The notes below the pieces were generated by a model. That model had not been told where the DNA came from. It worked only from the letters and a program-made list of their open reading frames with translations, and ran no database searches. A DNA stretch of 56,794 nt, the filler included, from Dirinaria sp. TL-2023a (taxonomy: Eukaryota), in the NCBI GenBank assembly GCA_051941275.1. It is 4 parts of 4 records of this genome, joined end to end, with 100 filler letters (N's around TTAATTAATTAA, not from the genome) between each part and the next. Parts side by side here need not be neighbours in the genome. Positions count along the whole stretch, not along the records: positions 42,706 to 56,794 come from JAVEBF010000625.1; 3 more parts are not named here. One strand, 5' to 3'. The position numbers and the translations under genes are program-made. This document shows positions 49,531 to 56,794 of the stretch, one piece after another. How positions within the stretch are numbered: the stretch's first letter is position 1; every line of letters begins with the position of its first letter.

Positions 49531-52500
49531 AGCCGGGAAAAAATAGACAAGACAAAAAAATTGCATAATAGACACAGCCATCATCTTCTGTATTCTCAAT
49601 CTCTTGAAGACCCGACCAACACACGGCTAAGCGGTTCTTTTTATAATATATGACGACTTATTTCATTCCTCCTCTAAAGCCTTCATAACGAAAACCAACT
49701 ATATAGCACAACCAACTCCGAGACAAACGAGCAGCAGCCAGCTCGAGACTGAAGGGGAACATGCTCAGGTTTCGTTGAAACTATGGTCGATTCCGACCTG
49801 CTATCAGGACCTGAGCAAAAAGTGTGGCTTCCTCCACACAGTGACCAATAGCCCACCCTAGGCTGAAGTGGACTATCTCGCACACTGTCTGCCAGTCGTG
49901 GAAAGAATCTGAATATATATACTGGACATTGACCTACGACAGACAAAAATGCATCCTTCAAAGTGGAAAAGGAAATGAAAGCCTGATTACCAAGAATGGT
50001 TCCGATGGCAACAATGGCATAGTGCTCGGGAGGGCCTTTCTGACGCTCGTGTTGTGTTCACCAAAGAGGAAGGACCCAAAGCTTAATCTATGGAAAGCCT
50101 CTTCTCAAGATACCGGCAGATCAAGCGGTCGTGCCAATCAAGAAGCGCAAAAAGGAAAGACTATAACATATACCGACTCTCACAAGCAAAATAAACTATT
50201 TAAAACAATTTTGGAAGGAGCGGAAAAAGGGAAGAAACGAGGAGGAAGAAAAAAGGCCACGCGTGGCAAACCACCACCAAAGGCGGCCACACACCCTTTA
50301 TACCTCTAAACACAAATCACAAGACCAGGTTTCCTTGGCAGAATCGCAAGCGCCTTAATAGATCGACTAATAAGGGCGAGATCACGATCATATCCCCCAG
50401 CTTGCGGAAAGCCAAGTATATATATATTCAAATCTTACTACCTCTTGACGCTGATTAAGCCATTTCCTGTTTGAGCTGCACCTGCTATGGCTACCGAGCC
50501 AAGTGGAGAGGGCATTGGAACAAACTCTGCTTCGTTGAGCGTCCAGCTGCGGAAGCTGCCAGATGGCCCAAGGCAGCATAGCCCTGGCTATATTCTTCTT
50601 CGAATCCTATAAGTGACATTGATTGCCAAACTCTCCAGGCATACCACTGCAATCCTCAAAAAGCTTCGAATGCCTCCAATGACGATGTTTCGATTCATAT
50701 TAGGCTTTATGAAGATGCGGGTTTCGATGAGCAGACGTCTTACCGTTCACCGCTCGAACCCCTTGACATCAGATTTATTCAGCGATAGCGCAACCTTTCG
50801 ATCATCGTCCCCCTTAGCTCCAGCTCACCCCACCGACAGTCCAGTCCAGCCTCAACAGCCAGCATCCTCCCCCTTTGAAGCCGCCCGCGTCACTGCTCTC
50901 CTGGACATCAAACGGCGGCTCCTTCTCGAGCTCTCTACCCCCCTCCCACGCCCAACAGCGATCCCTCCTTATGAAACTCATGTGTACCATTACGGCACTG
51001 AACTTTCAAGGCGCTGGAAGATCCTGAAGATAGATTGTCTATCTGATCTAACATTTACTGGACAAGAAAAAGAAGGTATCAGTCAGGCTATGTCGCAATC
51101 CATGAACAGCGCCCGAGACATAAGAAGCCAGAAGATCGGCATTGACGATAAATTATACTCTCACTTTGGCTCGGCCACTTGAGATCATTACGATGGCAAT
51201 CATGGAATGGTGATCTTCTCATATGATTCCGTGTAGCAGCTTCTGCAAAATTGAGACGCAGTCGACCGCAAATGCGTTTTTGAGATATATATAACCCTCA
51301 CATATCACAAACTCTTCCGGTCGGAACTTTAAAGAGCCCTGTTTCGAAATTTCAACGAATGCTTGGAGGCAAAGAACATTAGTCATCGGTCTAGGCTTCA
51401 ATCTATCACCACTCCGCTCGGAAATCTAGCTATCAACGTCCGGGGCAGAAACACCCTGTCCACTCACATTTCATTTTTCGCTGGCAGATTGGCTTCTGTA
51501 CAAGCTTTAAGTAACCCTTCCTGACCTTCTTCCCCGTTACCAAACAATATCACCCATTTCTGAACCAACCAGAATCAAACTCGAAGCACTGCACGGTCGT
51601 CAGAACTGCGAATAAATTCTGTTATACATCGGTAAGGGATTCAGCTAGAGATGTCACCTCGAACAGAAAAGTTGGCCGAAAGAAGAATCACGTGTTTGGA
51701 TGCTGTTGATAGAGTTGGGGATGAAGGTTTGCGATGTCAGGAAAGTAAAAAATGGAGATCCAACGGATTACTTTACGAAAATGATGCAAATAATTAGGAA
51801 GTGCATTAAAAAAGCAAAGAGGAAAGGGAAAAAAAAATTACAGAAAGTAAAAAAACCAAATAATAAAAAAAAAAAAAAAAAAAAAAAGAGGAGGCCAGCA
51901 ATGAGGACTACCTGTACGTGGTGCTGGCTACGAACCTGTTAGTACTGCATGCAGTACTCAGCAGAGCCAAATGTCCTCAATATCAACACTGCTTCACAAT
52001 TCTTCAGACATCCTCCGGTGGACATACGGCCTGAGCCGCGGTGTGAATCTATAAATGGAGGAGTTCGGACATATCAATTTCATACGTGACTAAATTCTGA
52101 GAAATGATGGGATTTTATACTTAATAATATTTTATACCTTTTTTGCCATTCATTGCCTTCATCGCGAAAGCGTCATTTGCCAAGTTTGTTTGAAGACCTC
52201 GGAGACAACTCTAAGACAGAGAAAAACTTTTGACAATACATCTTGTGCTTGGAATTCCCTGCTTTTAGGCACGTCAAACTTGTCTGTAATTAATCAATTT
52301 GCTACTTTTTGATTATCTTGCAGCGAAAAACAAGTTCCCTGGCCACTGGAGCCCAAACTTGCTCTTCACTTCTTTTATGTTTTACATTGACAAACTTTGG
52401 ACCTTTTTAATTTAGCAGCCATACAATAGAAGAGAAATAAGAAGACCAAGATGTACTCATTCGATCAAGTCTTTGATTCTCAATTCTCTGCCTGCCAATC

Positions 52501-52879
52501 CTTTGACTGTCAGTCCTTCGCCAGTCAATTTCCTTGCTGAGACAGTGGAGGAGACGTGGAAGCATGGCGTATCTAATATCGACCCTTTTTCAATAATCGA
52601 GTCAATTCAATTTCTAAGACACTCCTGGTCTCAAATTTAATGAGCATCTTTCTCCGATCTTATTCGAGTAATTGAAGCTACACACACACTTTTGTACTTT
52701 AAAGTCATTGCTTAATCAAGGGATCTGGCAGAGTGCTTGACTGCTCTTAATGATACGGGTGGCGAAGACCAAGACAACTTTTATCAGTGCTTGTTTGGAA
52801 AATCTTCATTTATCTACATCGACAGATTCCTCGGAATAAGATCAACATGTCGATGAATATCTACCTCGTCTGCCAATCT

Positions 52880-53630
52880 TTCAGATGTTTCGCTAAACTA
52901 TTCGCTCGTCCGTTTGCGCAACGATTTATGAAATAGACTCGATTTTGTGACGAGAATCGCTGCCAATACACGAGGCGCCCCAAACTGAATTCCTGACCTG
53001 GCTAACATCGCCCACGGTTTCTGGGAGCGCTTTTCGGTTTCTGAATGAGAAAACCCAAACAGCTTCAAGAAATGCAAGGATTTGTTGTCAGTATGCAGAA
53101 CGGAGCGAAGGATGATCAACCATCTAATGTCTCGGGTAGAAACTGCCAATGGAATATTTTCTGTACTGAACCTCGCCTTCTTCTATTACACATCTTATTG
53201 AAGTTCCTTCAGGTCTTCCAGCGACTCAAACTAAGAGAGAAAATTTTCATATCTTCTTAAATCCTCGACGCCACACACTATCTAATACTATATTATTTTT
53301 GTTCCATCAAACTTTTCGACAGAGTGTTTCATTACTCATATCTTCGGCTGCAGCTTAAATATAGCCCTTTCTCCTCGTTAATGCTTGCAGTAAGTAGTAA
53401 TTGCTTTTGCTGCTCTCGAGGATCACTACTACTGCAATAATTCGCTCCTAAGATTCCAGCACAATGAAGCTAGAGTTGCACCTACTAGCTCTGCAGCAAT
53501 TTTGCGAAAGAATTTTCCGAATGTGTCTTGAGCAATCGAACGACTGTGCTCTTTGCAGGATAAAGTTTTTGGAGAAAGAGACAAAGCGGTCAAACTCGAG
53601 AGGCGCTCTAACCAAGTCTAATGCCATGAG
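52880..53630 (-). pseudogene. Decayed coding sequence of unknown family
   Basis: One minus frame reads as protein-like (MALDLVRAPLEFDRFVSFLQKLYP...VCGVEDLRRYENFLS*FESLEDLKELQ*DV**KKARFSTENIPLAVSTRDIRWLIILR) but has many TAA/TAG stops. Confidence 0.35.
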
Positions 53631-56600
53631 AAGACTTTACGAACCCTTAGGAAGAGAAGACCAATTCTAATATGCCTTACGATGACCGAACTTTCTTGCA
53701 GGGCTAAATTTAAATGGTTGACGCGCTCGACCTCTTCAGACCCTCCACGTTGGTCAAAATGAGAAGAGATGGGCGAGCTAGGATCCTTCAGTAGGTGCTT
53801 CTACTTCTTACTCTGGTGCATCACTCATAGAATACACCAGGACACCCAAGACCTACTGGCGCATGTTCGTTGCGTTTGGATTCTACTGTCCTGGCCACTG
53901 AAATCGCGGGACCAATGGTCCAGACCGGCCTGATCGCCCAGACATCTTATTTCAGCACGATCCGCCCTTACTAACGGACGCAAATGACTCCCCGGATCAA
54001 AAGCCACCTCCTATAATACAGAGGAGGGACGAGCGGAGGGATACCACCGGCAGACATTTTTTAGTCTTCATAAATCGAGAAGCGATTTCAGTCTCTGACA
54101 CATTCTCCTTTTGAATTTAGATCAAAGATTACAGTCCTGATTGAGACAATATCAATTATTTTACTTTTAGAAGACAGGAACATTGAGAATGGTATACATA
54201 CGGGCTGAAGATATCGACTTTCGCAAATCATCAATGACACCAAAGACTCATGGTGGTGGTGAGTTGGGCTTTTGTATTTTATAATTTGACAACCACACGG
54301 AAAAGGGGTATCGGAAAAGCATTCAAGACACACATACCCCTCCCGTTCTCAAGACCTCTGCGGGAGTACCGGTCACCGAGTCCCTGCTACAACACAACCA
54401 GGTGCAGCGACATCCATCAGCGGTCGCCACTCAGCGACTGTCCACTTCCCCGAACTTGACCGGGTCATCTTTATACAACGCCGGCTCAGGCTTGAATTCG
54501 CTACTGATCGGAGATCTGGATAGGATCATTTGCCAAAGAGCTTTTTCCTCGAAATCTTCTTCTAAGATAACCAAAAATTTCGCACTCAAGATCACCTGGT
54601 CGAGGGTGTTACGACTCGTTTACGGATTTATTTCTGGAGGCTGAGTCCTTCAAATTTCAAACGACAGTAAGTCTTTTTCAATTTTTCCCTCTATGAATTT
54701 ATTTTGTAAGATTTGATTGGGGCTAACGAATGACGGAAATACACTGTGCAATACCCGAAGGAAATCACAAGTCAATAATAGCTTTCTTCGGCCTAGCATC
54801 GGCACGGAAAAACTTGCCAGCCGAGGCTCTACGTAGGAGGAAAAACCCTTCAGTCCTGCTCACAAATCCCCCTTCAGACATTAGGGGCTCTCTCAAGCAA
54901 TTGAAACAGCTTGAACCAATCCTTTGTCATTTTTGTGACACGACAGCGTCTTTTTAGAAAATCTGTGCGCAAGAGCACCCATTGATTTTCGAAACACGAT
55001 GCTGTCCAGACCCCCGCATTGGGTGGGTAGATATCACCGCGGTCAACACGCGAAATGTCGCAGATCCTTAACACTGGAGCGACAGGATCTGAAGAGGTAT
55101 CGGCGCTGAAGAGAATCGTGATTATTGAACGTGGTTTGCCTATCGCGAATCGGTTGATCCGAGCTTGATCTCCTTCGTAATGCATACGTATCTTCCTTGA
55201 ATAATTCGGGAATGTCAGACGCGCGGGAGCATCGTGAAATGTCTTCACTCTTTCGAAGTTGTTGTTCCCATGCCCTTGTCTGCTGCTTTCAGCGCTTTGC
55301 CTTGTTCACGGTCGAAAAGATTCGAGCATGCGTTGCATTGTGAGCTCCACGAGAAATTCAATCTGATCGTCTGTGCACCAATCGACAATCGATCGACCGG
55401 ACGTCGTGCCCATCCACTTTGAGCACAGAAATCTTCAAAAGACCGTCAGACCGGCTACTCGTGCACCGGAGCTTTAGACCAGACCCAGAAAAAGAAAAAA
55501 AAAAAAAAAAAAAAAAACAAAACAGAAAAACAAAACTGCGATGGAAGGTAAGCCGAAAAGTCCTATAAATCCTTCCGAAAAGGCCTGCAGGTCAAATCCG
55601 GGGCCGCGTACTGCCCATAAAAGCTGGGAACAAGAATTCAGATTAGCTAGGGAGCTAACCAAAGCGGATGCAGCAGTTGCCGGTCATGAAGGGTACGGGA
55701 CAATATCAGCAGCAAACCCACAATTGCAGTATGGCGCCTCGGACCAGACTTACGCCTCTGACTTTAGCATCCTGACCAGGAACCTGAGTCTTACCTGTTA
55801 CAAATGTATCCTGAATAGAGTCAGGAGTCTGACCTATTACTATTGGATCCTGATCTAGAGATCCATCGCGAAAGATAAAAAGGAAATGGCTCGGTAGATA
55901 TCTCCTTTCAGAGACCAGTAGCCATGTGTATGACATGAAGATTTGTAGCTGACTTATACCTCTTTTCTGCAGATATGAACAGAAAGTCTCGACAATTAAA
56001 ACCCAGGCATCGGCTCCTGTTATCGTGAGGCGTTCCGCTAGGATCGCAGACATGCATTAAGGCCACGATTAGACCGGAATCATCACTGTCATGTTGATGC
56101 CGCGTGGTGCCGTGCTACTTCTGAGTTGAATTTTGGCATAATCTTGCCAGCTCATGATCACCCGGACTCGTGTATTCCGAGGCTTCACCAGCTGTCCTTC
56201 TCCTTATTTGATCTTTCATGTGAGTTGAAACTCATATACTGCTTCCAAGTTATTCCTGCATCATCGTCAGACACACAATGACAATTCAGGGAACGGGGTT
56301 TCACTGAGACTTAGCCGTCATATCACGATATTCTTTCTTGCTCTGCTCTGACACATCCGACGATCAGATATACATATCGAAATCGTGGCTTTAGTCGGCA
56401 GTTCTTCCCTCCAATATCAGATTTTGTAGCTCTCAGTCGTTTTGTAAAGTCCTCGATGAAAGTACAGACTATTTTTCTTGACCATTCCTTAAACAAGAGT
56501 ACAGCCGAACTCCATACACTAAGATGCACTATGGAAAACTTCCAGCTTCAAAAGGTTCTTTAAAATCGATCATGGATCCGCGGCTACCAATTGTTGGGAG

Positions 56601-56794
56601 AGGAATCTTGTGCAAAGACCAGCCTATCAAACGTATTGAAGGAACAACAATCTCAGCTGCAGGGCCAGAACTCATCATCCTCAGAGCCTGCGCGCCGTTG
56701 AGGATTAGACGCAGGGGACAAAAGTGTCTTCCAAGTGAGACATAGAATTGTGCCAAGGACTTTAAAGGACCCTTGTCACGTGCACATTGTATCC

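Overview
Eukaryotic, intron-rich filamentous ascomycete (Pezizomycotina-type) DNA. The window is not one locus. It is four contigs of 14143, 14142, 14120 and 14089 nt joined by artificial 100-nt N/TTAATTAATTAA/N spacers. Contig 1 carries TRS130, an RTA1-like protein, an SDR, a LaeA-like methyltransferase and an amino-acid permease. Contig 2 carries a partial GNAT, OGG1, the U2AF large subunit, RAX2 and a partial GT31. Contig 3 carries a Zn2Cys6 transcription factor, the PP4 catalytic subunit, a secreted Cys-rich protein, an MBOAT acyltransferase and a predicted 878-aa OGFr_N/Ulp1-like protease fusion. Contig 4 is gene-poor, with decayed ORFs and minisatellites. The most striking signal is an unannotated, extensively base-paired + strand segment (~20280-21220) between U2AF and RAX2. 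It has the layout expected of a telomerase RNA (enclosing helix, 1.5-repeat C-rich template, pseudoknot, three-way junction, Sm-like site). Its putative template would specify a non-canonical TATGAGGG telomere repeat. All structures and splice models were derived by eye and need computational or experimental confirmation.
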